A stretch of 64,000 bases of DNA from an uncultured cyanobacterium (lineage in GTDB: Bacteria; Cyanobacteriota; Cyanobacteriia; Cyanobacteriales; CAWUOF01): contig CAVUSO010000001.1 in assembly GCA_963744145.1 (NCBI GenBank), positions 960,001 through 1,024,000 on the forward strand, read 5' to 3'. The notes beneath the pieces were generated by a model. It was not told where the DNA came from and did not search any database. It saw only the letters and a list, made by a program, of their open reading frames with translations. Made by a program: the position numbers and the translations under genes. This document shows positions 1-9,395 of the stretch, in pieces (position 1 is the first letter of the stretch; every line of letters starts with the position of its first letter).

Positions 1-250
1 CCGTTCCCACTAAAACTGCTAAATTTTTAGGTAAATCTCTAGCTAATTGTTGGAGAGTAACTTCCATTGCTTCAATAAAACTGGGTTGGAGCAATAAATC
101 TCTTGGTGGATAACCACATAAAGAGAGTTCAGGAGTAAGGAGAAGTCTAAATCCGAGAGCAGATGCTTGATTTGCTGCGGTCAGAATTAAAGCAGCATTA
201 CCAGTCAAATCACCAATAGTTGGATTGAGTTGGGCGATCGCTATTTTCAT
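1..250 (-). CDS. nadE: Glutamine-dependent NAD+ synthetase, N-terminal nitrilase/glutaminase domain (partial, runs off window start)
   Basis: Not in the ORF track. Manual translation from ATG at 250 gives MKIAIAQLNPTIGDLTGNAALIL...LLLTPELSLCGYPPRDLLLQPSF, the typical NadE N-terminus. Lies downstream of pncB-nadD-nrtR. Confidence 0.92.
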   Translation of the reverse strand, partial: MKIAIAQLNPTIGDLTGNAALILTAANQASALGFRLLLTPELSLCGYPPRDLLLQPSFIEAMEVTLQQLARDLPKNLAVLVGT

Positions 251-318
251 ATTTCTATCTGGATTGCTAATGGTTAATCGAGCAATAATTTTTCTGATTC
301 AGACCGAAACAAAGACAG

Positions 319-1071
319 CTAAATAAACACTAAAGGTTTATCTTTCAAGGGTGCAAAAGCAGCAGCATCAAATCGATAAAGACTAGCAGGTCTACCAGCA
401 CCGCGTGATACTTTCACCCCTGTATCATGGAGAAATCCTAATTTCAGCAAGCGAGAACGAAAGTTAGAATAATCAGAAAAATTTTCTCCTAATACAGTAG
501 TATAAAGCTGGTAAAGATCGCTGAGGGTAAATAATTCCGGCAAAACTTCAAAAGCAACCGGACTATATTCCAATTTATTTCGCAGTCGTCGATGACCATA
601 TTGTAAAATTTGGTTATGATCGAAAGCTAAGGTCGGTACTTCTTCCAGCGGATACCAAGCAATCCCCCGGACTCCACTGGTAATTAATTCTGCTTCATCA
701 AAACGAACTAAAGCAAAATAACTGACTGCTAAATAACGCACACCATAACTATCAGGAGATTCCCGGGGATCACGTCCTGGACCACCAAAGGTATACAATT
801 GTTCTAAATAGAGATTTTGCACCAGAATTTTCTCAGCCAAAATCCGATAAGCTGCATCTTCAAGGGATTCTCCGTGACGAACTAAAGTACCAGGAAAACT
901 CCATGAACCTAAAAAAGGTTCTTCTTGTCGCATTACCAACAACACTAGCAGTCGATTTTGTGCCATATCGACAGAAAAAATTACATTATCAACACCAACT
1001 TTAAAATCTGCTAAAGGTTGTTGATTGACTGGAGATCCAACTTTTTTTATCTTGGTGTCGCGTCCTGACAT
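319..1071 (-). CDS. nrtR: NrtR-family transcriptional regulator (Nudix domain plus winged HTH)
   Basis: Nudix-like box (PGTLVRHGESLEDAAYRILAEK), LEQLYTFG..RDPR, LAFDH, and C-terminal FTLSDL...NFR...GRPASLY winged-helix motif; located in an NAD operon. Confidence 0.88.
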   Translation of the reverse strand: MSGRDTKIKKVGSPVNQQPLADFKVGVDNVIFSVDMAQNRLLVLLVMRQEEPFLGSWSFPGTLVRHGESLEDAAYRILAEKILVQNLYLEQLYTFGGPGRDPRESPDSYGVRYLAVSYFALVRFDEAELITSGVRGIAWYPLEEVPTLAFDHNQILQYGHRRLRNKLEYSPVAFEVLPELFTLSDLYQLYTTVLGENFSDYSNFRSRLLKLGFLHDTGVKVSRGAGRPASLYRFDAAAFAPLKDKPLVFI

Positions 1072-1631
1072 GCGTACAATTGCTCGCGATGGATATAAGC
1101 TTTCACATTAGGAGTCAAAGCTTCTGGGTCTTTTTGTTGACGGTAAGCAGTCGAAGAGACAGCAGGTGCAGATAGATCCGCGATCGCGAATGTCGCGCCT
1201 AATTGTCTCAGGTTCTCTAAACTGGTATCTTCTATAGGATATCCAGGTCTAGGCACTACCAGAATCTCTACTTGCTCAAATAGTTCTCGAATCCGATACC
1301 ACCGAGGTAACTGGGGAACTAAATCAGACCCGATGACGAGGGAAAATACCGCTTTACTCCATCTCATTCTGGCTAAATTAATTGTCTCTAAAGTTCTGGG
1401 ACGACTCAGCTCAGGATAAAGACCAATATTAGATCGGGGTAAATCAAGATCCGCAATTAATAGCTGGAGCATCGCAAAACGATGAGGAAGGGGACTTTGA
1501 TGGGTCTTGAGGGGATTATCCGCAGCCCAAACGACTACCAAGTCAAAATGTTGTGACAACCAACTCAGGATCGCTTGATGTCCCGCAGTGGGGGGATCGG
1601 CACTTGTCCCAAACAGAGCAATTTTTTTCAT
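1047..1631 (-). CDS. nadD: Nicotinate-nucleotide adenylyltransferase
   Basis: GTSADPPTAGH (HxGH-like), IGSD and VSST motifs; operon context. Confidence 0.92.
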   Translation of the reverse strand: MKKIALFGTSADPPTAGHQAILSWLSQHFDLVVVWAADNPLKTHQSPLPHRFAMLQLLIADLDLPRSNIGLYPELSRPRTLETINLARMRWSKAVFSLVIGSDLVPQLPRWYRIRELFEQVEILVVPRPGYPIEDTSLENLRQLGATFAIADLSAPAVSSTAYRQQKDPEALTPNVKAYIHREQLYACQDATPR

Positions 1632-1633
1632 GG

Positions 1634-3055
1634 TTAATGCTTTTTGGTTTGCTGAGTTAGTTCTAACAGTTGGGGAGACATTTCGACTCGCAGGGGTTGA
1701 GGATTAGTTAAATGTCGAGTTGCTAGAGGTAGACTAGCAACTGAAGCCGCAGTACGTTGGGCGATCGCTGTTAAGCTTTCTGGTGTCTGTAACCTTTTTC
1801 CTTCTGCAAATACTAACTGCATCAACGGGATCTGAGTTGAGGAATTTGGCTCTTGATTAATTAATCCCAAGCAATCCCCTTGAACCTGTCCCGATCGTAA
1901 CTCCCGAAATATTTGCTTGCGACCTGGATAAGTAATTTTACCCGTTGACTCTTTCATCACGGGCATACCATCAATTTCTACCAGTTTATATACTCCATTC
2001 ACTGGTGAACCACTGACTAAGCGAGTACCGAGTCCATAACCATCAAGACAAGCACCTGCATCTTTAAGTTTAGCAATTTCCCATTCATCTAAATCGCCAC
2101 TAGCAAAAATCGGAACACCTGGAAGAATTGAGCGGATCTGTTGGGATAAAGTAACTAAATCTCCAGAGTCTAAACGCACACCAGTTAATTTAATTTCGCC
2201 TTGTTTGATCTGTACTGCTAACATTTGGGCAGCAGCGATCGAGTCATAGGTATCGATTAATAACGGGGCACCAGGAAAATATTCTTGAAATATGCTAAAT
2301 GCTTTGGCTTCGCTGCCTGCTATGGTCGTCAAAGCCATTACTAAAGAATGAGCCATGGTTCCGACAGGTTGGTGACCTAATTTTAAAGCTGCTAATACAT
2401 TAGAAGTCGCATTTAATCCACCTGCAAGAGCAGCTCTAGCAGCCCACAGGGCACCTTGGGGACTAAAAGCTCGACGGGTCCCAAATTCCATCAGGTTGGT
2501 TTCTGGTCCGACGAGATCACGAATTCTGGCAGCTCTAGTCGCAATTAAGGTTTGATAATTAAGGGTATTAAGTAGATAAGTTTCCACTAACTGAGCTTGC
2601 CATAAAGGTGCTTCAATCCGGAGTAAGGGTTCATTGGCAAAAATAGCTGTACCTTCTGGGACAGCCCACACTTGCCCAGTGAAACGAGTATTTGCTAATA
2701 ATGACCAAAATTCCTGCGGTGCATTGTGAAAAATTCCCGTTGCTTGCAAAGCTTGGATTTGGGCTGGATTAAACCGGAATCTTTCTAGATATTCCAATGC
2801 TTGGGCTAGTCCCATCGCAATCAAATAGCCAAAATCTGTTGGTAATCGACGCACAAATAGCTCAAAGCTGGCTGGTGTTTGCGCCAAACCCTCTCCTGTG
2901 TAGCAAGCTGCCATTGTCAATTCATAAAGATCGGTCAAGAGACTGTAATCTTCTGGGTAGATGTTCAGTTCTTGGGTAGTTGCCGCTTGGCCAATTTTTT
3001 GCGGTTTTTCTAGAAATTCTTGGTCGATTTGGTCCCAATCAGTACAGGTTTTCAT
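1634..3055 (-). CDS. pncB: Nicotinate phosphoribosyltransferase
   Basis: LLTDLYELTM, EFGTRR, GTMAHS, LIDTYD, GVRLDSGD and GVYKLV motifs. Confidence 0.95.
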   Translation of the reverse strand: MKTCTDWDQIDQEFLEKPQKIGQAATTQELNIYPEDYSLLTDLYELTMAACYTGEGLAQTPASFELFVRRLPTDFGYLIAMGLAQALEYLERFRFNPAQIQALQATGIFHNAPQEFWSLLANTRFTGQVWAVPEGTAIFANEPLLRIEAPLWQAQLVETYLLNTLNYQTLIATRAARIRDLVGPETNLMEFGTRRAFSPQGALWAARAALAGGLNATSNVLAALKLGHQPVGTMAHSLVMALTTIAGSEAKAFSIFQEYFPGAPLLIDTYDSIAAAQMLAVQIKQGEIKLTGVRLDSGDLVTLSQQIRSILPGVPIFASGDLDEWEIAKLKDAGACLDGYGLGTRLVSGSPVNGVYKLVEIDGMPVMKESTGKITYPGRKQIFRELRSGQVQGDCLGLINQEPNSSTQIPLMQLVFAEGKRLQTPESLTAIAQRTAASVASLPLATRHLTNPQPLRVEMSPQLLELTQQTKKH

Positions 3056-3083
3056 CGTTAAGTCCCATTCTTGATTAACTTAA

Positions 3084-3104
3084 TTATAGTATGATTTACC
3101 AAAA
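3084..3104. promoter_or_regulatory. Putative NrtR operator
   Basis: TTATAGT-ATGATTT-ACCAAAA: a 21-bp imperfect palindrome with the GT-N7-AC core typical of NrtR boxes, about 30 bp upstream of pncB, the first gene of the operon that contains nrtR. Confidence 0.75.
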
Positions 3105-3188
3105 CTGACTAGAGGTAATTTGATATTTTTTATAAAAAATTTGGTTTGAGCCATTGAGGTTCAGTTGGGCCTTGATTTGGGTAGATGA

Positions 3189-3264
3189 ACCACCAAGACA
3201 CCAAGGACACCAAGGTGAGGAAATTTGGTCTGATCACTTCTTCGTGTCTTCGTGTCTTGGTGGT
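3189..3264. repeat. Inverted repeat built from short tandem units (small dispersed repeat, possible terminator)
   Basis: ACCACCAAGACACCAAGGACACCAAGG pairs imperfectly with CTTCGTGTCTTCGTGTCTTGGTGGT, just downstream of the GGDEF gene. Confidence 0.7.
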
Positions 3265-3299
3265 AAAAATCCTATAACTCACTTCGCTAGAAAATCTAT

Positions 3300-4670
3300 T
3301 TAACAATGGATACTCCAGCGATCGCGACCCTGTTGTTTAGCAACATACAAAGCTTTATCCGTATTAGCAATCAGTTGATCTGGTGCAATTTCCAGTTGGG
3401 GAATGAGTGAAGAAATACCCAAACTAACTGTGATAAAATTATTGACTTCTGACCGAGGATGGGACAGGGCAAGATGATGAATTTCTTGCTGAATTTTTTC
3501 GGTAATCTTAATGGCTTTTTCTAGATCTGTATTCGGTAGAATTACCACAAATTCTTCTCCACCATAACGCGCTACTAAATCAGTAGGATCAGGAACTACT
3601 GTTTGTAATATTTCCGCAATTTTCACTAAACAATCGTCACCAGCAAGATGACCATAGTAATCATTATAGGCTTTAAAACAGTCAATATCCAACAAAATTA
3701 AGGAAAGTGGTTGCTGTGCTTGTGCTAAATGTTGCCATTGGTTTTGAAGATACTCATTAAAACAGCGACGATTAGCTACATGAGTTAATCCATCGAGATT
3801 TGCTAATACTTCTAGTTTATGATTAGCTGCTTGGAGTTCTAGTTCAATTTGTTTACGTTCAGTAATATCACGGATCGTAATCGCAAAACCATCACCAAGT
3901 TTAACCGCGACAAAATGATACCAACAAGATTCTCCTGATGGATAATAAAAATCTCGTTTGAGAGGAACTCCTGTTTCCACCACATTAATGAAGCAATTAA
4001 ATAGTTCTGGCTCCACATTACTCAAAAACTTTTTTAGGATCAATCTCCCGATAATCTCATCACGGGTACGTTGAAAAACTCTAGCAATCACTGGATTGAC
4101 AGCTAAACAACGAAAATCATCAATATCTCCGGTGACCGGATTACGGACACATTGCATTGCAGCAATTCCATCTAGAGAACTATTCAAAATGCTAGAAAGC
4201 AAAGCTCTTGACTGATATAGTACCTCTTCAGTTTCACGACGCTTAATATTTTCTTCTTCGAGCATTCGCTGCTGACGTTGAATGATTAACTGATTTTCCA
4301 ATCGAGCGACTACTTCTTCAATCTGAAATGGTTTGGTGATATAGTCTATTCCTCCGGATTCAAAAGCAGTTACTTTGTCAAATACATCATCTAAAGCACT
4401 AATAAAAATCACTGGAATGCTGCGTAAATCTTCATTTGCTTTCAGAGCTTTACAGACTTGATAGCCATCCATTCCTGGCATTTTAATATCTAAAAGAATC
4501 ACATCAGGTCGTTTGACCATTACTGTTTTTAAAGCCATTTTACCACTGGTAACACTGCGAACTGTATAGCCAAGTTTGAGCAGTGCATCACTTAATAATT
4601 GTAAGTTTTCGAGAATATCGTCTACAACTAGAATGTTACCTTTGGTTTTGCTGTCAAAATTAAGATTCAT
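3300..4670 (-). CDS. Diguanylate cyclase response regulator (REC-PAS-GGDEF)
   Basis: ILVVDD...LLDIKMPGMDG...YITKPF receiver domain; RDITERK PAS terminus; DGLTHVANRR and ARYGGEEF motifs. Confidence 0.93.
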   Translation of the reverse strand: MNLNFDSKTKGNILVVDDILENLQLLSDALLKLGYTVRSVTSGKMALKTVMVKRPDVILLDIKMPGMDGYQVCKALKANEDLRSIPVIFISALDDVFDKVTAFESGGIDYITKPFQIEEVVARLENQLIIQRQQRMLEEENIKRRETEEVLYQSRALLSSILNSSLDGIAAMQCVRNPVTGDIDDFRCLAVNPVIARVFQRTRDEIIGRLILKKFLSNVEPELFNCFINVVETGVPLKRDFYYPSGESCWYHFVAVKLGDGFAITIRDITERKQIELELQAANHKLEVLANLDGLTHVANRRCFNEYLQNQWQHLAQAQQPLSLILLDIDCFKAYNDYYGHLAGDDCLVKIAEILQTVVPDPTDLVARYGGEEFVVILPNTDLEKAIKITEKIQQEIHHLALSHPRSEVNNFITVSLGISSLIPQLEIAPDQLIANTDKALYVAKQQGRDRWSIHC

Positions 4671-4928
4671 TAGTGATTAGGATGGCAATTATATTAACAA
4701 GTGTTTAGGGGAAACTCACCTAAATTTAGATCAGCGATCGAATTAAATAAGGTTAAGTTGGGGGAATTACCGCTAGCAATTATAACATAAGGTTGGGATT
4801 AATTTCGGGAATAAACGGCGATCGCCGTCTGGCCATCTCTTTCTCTATTGGAGCTGAGTCCGATCGCTTGTCCAATTTGAGCGGTTTTCCTCTTAGTGAG
4901 GGATCATACTCACATCAATATGGAAATT

Positions 4929-7763
4929 TTAGCTGTTAGTATTCTGCAACAAAGGTTCAACCAATTCAATTATCTGTTCAAAGTCAAATTGCTGTGCCAT
5001 TTTCGTCAAACATTTGCTTAGATCAACCTCACTTGTTGGAATCTCTTTCACCAACTTTAAAACCAAACTATGATTAGCTTCTAGAGCGGCTTGATACAAT
5101 TGATTGAGCCACTCTAATGACATTTGAGTAAAACTAGCAGAAGATAATTTAATCTCTGGGAGATTGGCCAAATGCACTATAGGGTTCTCAACATAAATAT
5201 ATTTTACACCCAAATGTTTCGCCAGAGTTTCAAAAATGGTATGTTCTGCAAAAGGTTTTCGCACAAAGTCATCACAACCAGCAGAAAGTATAATTGCTTT
5301 TTCCTCTTCTAACACACTAGCAGTTAGGGCAATAATTGCGGTAGCATTACCTTTAGTGGTAGATTTAATGTATTTGGTCGCTTCATAACCATCCATCACG
5401 GGCATTCTCATATCCATCCAAATCAGATGGGGTTCCCATTCTGACCAAATCTCGATCGCTTCTTGACCATTAATGGCTTCTTTGACTTCAAATCCCAAGG
5501 GACTAAGTAACTTAATTAATAATTGTCGATTAATCGCTTTATCATCCACTATCAGAATTTTGTAGATAGGTTGGTTAGGAGCAAGTGCTAAGATTTTTGG
5601 ATCTGCTTCGATACTTTTTTTAACAGTTATTTGACCTAATTTTGCTTGAATATAAAATTGGCAAGTTGTGCCTTTACCTAATTCACTTTCGAGTCGAATA
5701 TCTCCACCCATTAATTGCACAAATTTCCGACTAATGGCTAAACCTAAACCCGTTCCTTCTTGACTTTCTTTTCCCGCTTGACCTTGACTAAAAGCATCAA
5801 AAATTTTGGGAAGTTCTGTTGGAGCAATCCCTACTCCAGTATCACATACCCGAAAATGGAGATCAATTATATCTGTGGTTTTTGCTTCTTCCTGAAAAAC
5901 TTCAAGAGTAACTTGTCCAGCGACAGTAAATTTAATCGCATTACTGAGTAAATTAATTAAAACTTGCCGAAGTTTGACTTCATCGGTCTGAATATAGCGA
6001 GGGAGATTTTCACTGCGATGAAATATTAAATTTAACCCAGCATTATCAGCTCGTAAATGTAACATATCCTCCAAATCATCTAACAAGATATGCAGATCAA
6101 AGTCTTTCGGATTAAGAGTGGCTTTACCTGCTTCAATTTTAGATAGATCAAGAATATTATTAATTAGTGTCAGTAAATATTCGCCACTACGATAGATTAT
6201 TTCTGCATTTTCATAGAGATTAGGTGGAATGTTTTTAGTGCAGATCATCAATTGGGAAAAGCCCATAATTGCATTCAGTGGCGATCGCAATTCATGACTC
6301 ATATTAGCAATAAATGTACTTTTTGCTTGATTGGCAACTTCCGCTTTTTCTTTAGCAATTTCTAACTCCGTTGTTCGCTGTTGGACTCGTTGTTCTAAAG
6401 TTTCAAAAGATGTTTGTAACTGATTTACCATCTGATTAAATGAATCCGCTAGAGTTCCGACTTCTGTAATATTTTGATATTCTATTGACCCGATAATCTT
6501 TTTTATCCCTAATTTTTGCCATTGCTCCAAAGCTAATTCCTGACTAGCTCGATTTAATCGTAAAAGCGGAATGGTAATCAAACGAGCAGTAACAATTCCG
6601 ATGGCGATCGCGATCAATAAAGTCATCCCACAGAGGAAAATTGTCCAGTTAATATTGCGCTGAATTTCGGTCATAAAATCAGCTTCAGGAATTACTACAA
6701 TTGTCAACCAATCTAAATCTTTTTCACCTTGTAATGGGACAATTTGGACGAAGTAAGTTTGTTGATCGACAAAAATCCGAAGTTGCTTGATTTCCTGGAT
6801 TTCCTTAAGATCGGGCCAAGACTTATTTAAGTAATTGCCAACTTTTTTAGTGAGTAAATTACTACTTTTTAGAATACTTAATCGTCGCTGGGATGAATCA
6901 AGATTTTTAGTGTTTTTTTCCCATGATGTATAATTTTCTGGAGCTAATGCACCCTGAATAAAAGGAGTTTCTCCGGTAGAAGTAGCAATTAATAGACCCT
7001 GACGATCTATAATAAGAGCTTGACCAGTTTTGCCGATTTTCAAACTTTGCAAAAAATTCCCCAATCGAGATAGAGATACGGCTGCTACTAGCACCCCATT
7101 AAATTTGTTTTTCTGATCATAAAATGGTTGACACTTAAGAGTAAACAACGTCGGTTGATTAACCTGAAATCTGGCAACAACTAACCGCCAAATTGGATGA
7201 TTTTCTCTTTTTGTTTGTTCGTACCAGGGATTATTAGGGGGATCTTTATGGGGATCATATATTTTTGAACGTCGGACTAATTTGATTGGATTTCCTTGAT
7301 CATCAGCAATATAATTGTCAAAATAATAATTAGTAGATTTGTCCCGGAGACGAATTGCCTTTGTGCCATCATCATTTTTTTGAATAATTAAAATCTCTTT
7401 TTTTTCATTAGCAATAGCTACAGAAGCGAGACTATCAAAATTTTTTAATTGTCGCCAAAAATATTGCTTAATTATTCTTAAATCTTGCCAATTAAGTATA
7501 CCTAAGTTAATCAGATCGGCATTATGTTGATTAATTTCTGTAGGTTTATGGAGATAATTAGTGAGATTTTGATTAATGCGATCGCCAATTTCTGCAATCA
7601 AATATCTTGCCAGATCAGCTACTGCTTTTTGTCCACTCTGATAGGAAAGATAACCGACTAAACCCACCGCAATGACAACTTGCAACACGAAGGGGACGAT
7701 TAGCAATAATCTCAGGGATATGGGTCGAGCTTTAGTGGGGGGATTGACAGACTCCGGGATCAT
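4929..7763 (-). CDS. Hybrid sensor histidine kinase (TM-Cache-TM-HAMP-HisKA-HATPase-REC)
   Basis: Two TM segments flanking a large periplasmic domain; [10 protein letters not shown]-box; [28 protein letters not shown] receiver. Confidence 0.93.
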   Translation of the reverse strand: MIPESVNPPTKARPISLRLLLIVPFVLQVVIAVGLVGYLSYQSGQKAVADLARYLIAEIGDRINQNLTNYLHKPTEINQHNADLINLGILNWQDLRIIKQYFWRQLKNFDSLASVAIANEKKEILIIQKNDDGTKAIRLRDKSTNYYFDNYIADDQGNPIKLVRRSKIYDPHKDPPNNPWYEQTKRENHPIWRLVVARFQVNQPTLFTLKCQPFYDQKNKFNGVLVAAVSLSRLGNFLQSLKIGKTGQALIIDRQGLLIATSTGETPFIQGALAPENYTSWEKNTKNLDSSQRRLSILKSSNLLTKKVGNYLNKSWPDLKEIQEIKQLRIFVDQQTYFVQIVPLQGEKDLDWLTIVVIPEADFMTEIQRNINWTIFLCGMTLLIAIAIGIVTARLITIPLLRLNRASQELALEQWQKLGIKKIIGSIEYQNITEVGTLADSFNQMVNQLQTSFETLEQRVQQRTTELEIAKEKAEVANQAKSTFIANMSHELRSPLNAIMGFSQLMICTKNIPPNLYENAEIIYRSGEYLLTLINNILDLSKIEAGKATLNPKDFDLHILLDDLEDMLHLRADNAGLNLIFHRSENLPRYIQTDEVKLRQVLINLLSNAIKFTVAGQVTLEVFQEEAKTTDIIDLHFRVCDTGVGIAPTELPKIFDAFSQGQAGKESQEGTGLGLAISRKFVQLMGGDIRLESELGKGTTCQFYIQAKLGQITVKKSIEADPKILALAPNQPIYKILIVDDKAINRQLLIKLLSPLGFEVKEAINGQEAIEIWSEWEPHLIWMDMRMPVMDGYEATKYIKSTTKGNATAIIALTASVLEEEKAIILSAGCDDFVRKPFAEHTIFETLAKHLGVKYIYVENPIVHLANLPEIKLSSASFTQMSLEWLNQLYQAALEANHSLVLKLVKEIPTSEVDLSKCLTKMAQQFDFEQIIELVEPLLQNTNS

Positions 7764-7894
7764 TATTGCTGAAAGTAGGATTTTCTGTATAGATATACTT
7801 TACACCCAGATATTTAGCTACAATATCAAAAATTATAGGTTCTGTAAAGGATTTGCGCCCAAGGTCATTACAACCAATTGAAAAATTATTAATC

Positions 7895-9367
7895 TTACCA
7901 TCGGAGTAATTTTAACAAAAACCAAACACTCAAACTAGCGATCGCACCGGTCATGATACTGGTATAAAAAACTGGTGTCAGTACAAAAAAAGTATTCTCT
8001 GGTGGTGGTTGATTTACAATCATTACGTGAGTCGTAATACTACTAGCAGCTAATCCAGCTCCAACACAACCGATGGTAATAGTTAAATTGCGATCGCTTC
8101 TAGTTTGCTCAATTGTAATTATTCCACCAATCATACTAATTACATTTTCCAATAACTTCAAACCAGGAGCTAGATTATTTCGCTCTGACTCCAGTTGTTC
8201 GCGATATTTTTTATCGACGAAAATACTAAAATTTTTTAATAAACTTAAATCACTACCAGTTTCTTCCTCCAACTTTTCCACCCGTTGCTGATAATTTTCT
8301 AAATTTATCTTCATCGTTTGTAATTGAGCATCTAAATCATTTAAAGCGATCGTATAGTCGGCTAAAGTCGGCAAATATTTGATTAACATTAACTCTAACT
8401 TATTTAAACTTATTCTCTCCCTAGTTAGAGCCGACTGAGACAATTGACTAGAACGGGTGAAATTTTTGAGATTTTTTGACAATCCAATCCCTTGCTCAAT
8501 CAAGGTTTTAATACCTGTATAAATTTGTTCTAATTCCGATTTTTGATAACGACTTTGCCAATAAGCAAATAATATCTTATGTCGATCGCAAAATAACCGA
8601 ATTAAATCAAAATTAATCTCCCTCACCTTCTTAGTAATCTTCGCGATCGATTCACCTGGTGGAAACAGCAAAATAATCAAATGATAATTCTCTAATCGGA
8701 CTTGATACCATTCTTGATGCCAATTAGTAGGAAGATGCCAATATTCAAATATAGTCCCACCTAAAAATTTTCCATGTTCCTTAAAATTCGGATTCCATTC
8801 CGCATTTGGTGTTAATTTATTGTAACAATCTCTTGCTAATTGATTTACATCCACATTCCCATTAGCTATTTGTCCCCAAACCAACCAAGTTTGTCCAATC
8901 GTACCTTGTTTATCTGCTTCAATTTCCGTCTTCACATCATGATGATTTAGGGCACAAACAATATGATGTTTGAGAGTGTGTAAAGAATTAATATTTTGCT
9001 TTTCATTCAGACCAGAACAATTCACCTGAAGTGCATAAGTATCACCGAGCTGCACCGGAAAATAATGACCATCTTGAGGAGCTTGAAACTGTTTTGGTTC
9101 AAGTAAAGCATAATCAGCTTCGGGATTTTCTAAATCAGTTAATTCCTTCAGCCTTTGATCATACCAAATTTGGTCAAATACTACCTTCTGCTGAGAACTC
9201 TTTTTAAAATAAATACTATTGATCTGGGCATCAATTTTACTCCAAAACTGTTCTCGGTTACGACTTATTTCTGCGGCATCATCATTTAATCCGTTCCGCA
9301 GATCATAAAGAAATAAATCAACTGTAGGATAGATTAAATCAGTTTGTTCTTTCATGCAATAGGCCAC
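7895..9367 (-). CDS. Hypothetical protein with coiled coil and two C-terminal hydrophobic helices
   Basis: 490-aa ORF starting 28 bp after the TPR-CHAT gene; long helical region followed by ITIGCVGAGLAASSI and FYTSIMTGAIASLSVWFLL. Confidence 0.75.
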   Translation of the reverse strand: MAYCMKEQTDLIYPTVDLFLYDLRNGLNDDAAEISRNREQFWSKIDAQINSIYFKKSSQQKVVFDQIWYDQRLKELTDLENPEADYALLEPKQFQAPQDGHYFPVQLGDTYALQVNCSGLNEKQNINSLHTLKHHIVCALNHHDVKTEIEADKQGTIGQTWLVWGQIANGNVDVNQLARDCYNKLTPNAEWNPNFKEHGKFLGGTIFEYWHLPTNWHQEWYQVRLENYHLIILLFPPGESIAKITKKVREINFDLIRLFCDRHKILFAYWQSRYQKSELEQIYTGIKTLIEQGIGLSKNLKNFTRSSQLSQSALTRERISLNKLELMLIKYLPTLADYTIALNDLDAQLQTMKINLENYQQRVEKLEEETGSDLSLLKNFSIFVDKKYREQLESERNNLAPGLKLLENVISMIGGIITIEQTRSDRNLTITIGCVGAGLAASSITTHVMIVNQPPPENTFFVLTPVFYTSIMTGAIASLSVWFLLKLLRW

Positions 9368-9395
9368 CTAGATCAACTAGATTGCTACTTCATCA

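Noticed and set aside
3189-3264. Short repeated units resembling a mini CRISPR
   Set aside because: Units are 8-9 bp, tandem and inverted, with no unique spacers and no cas genes in the window.
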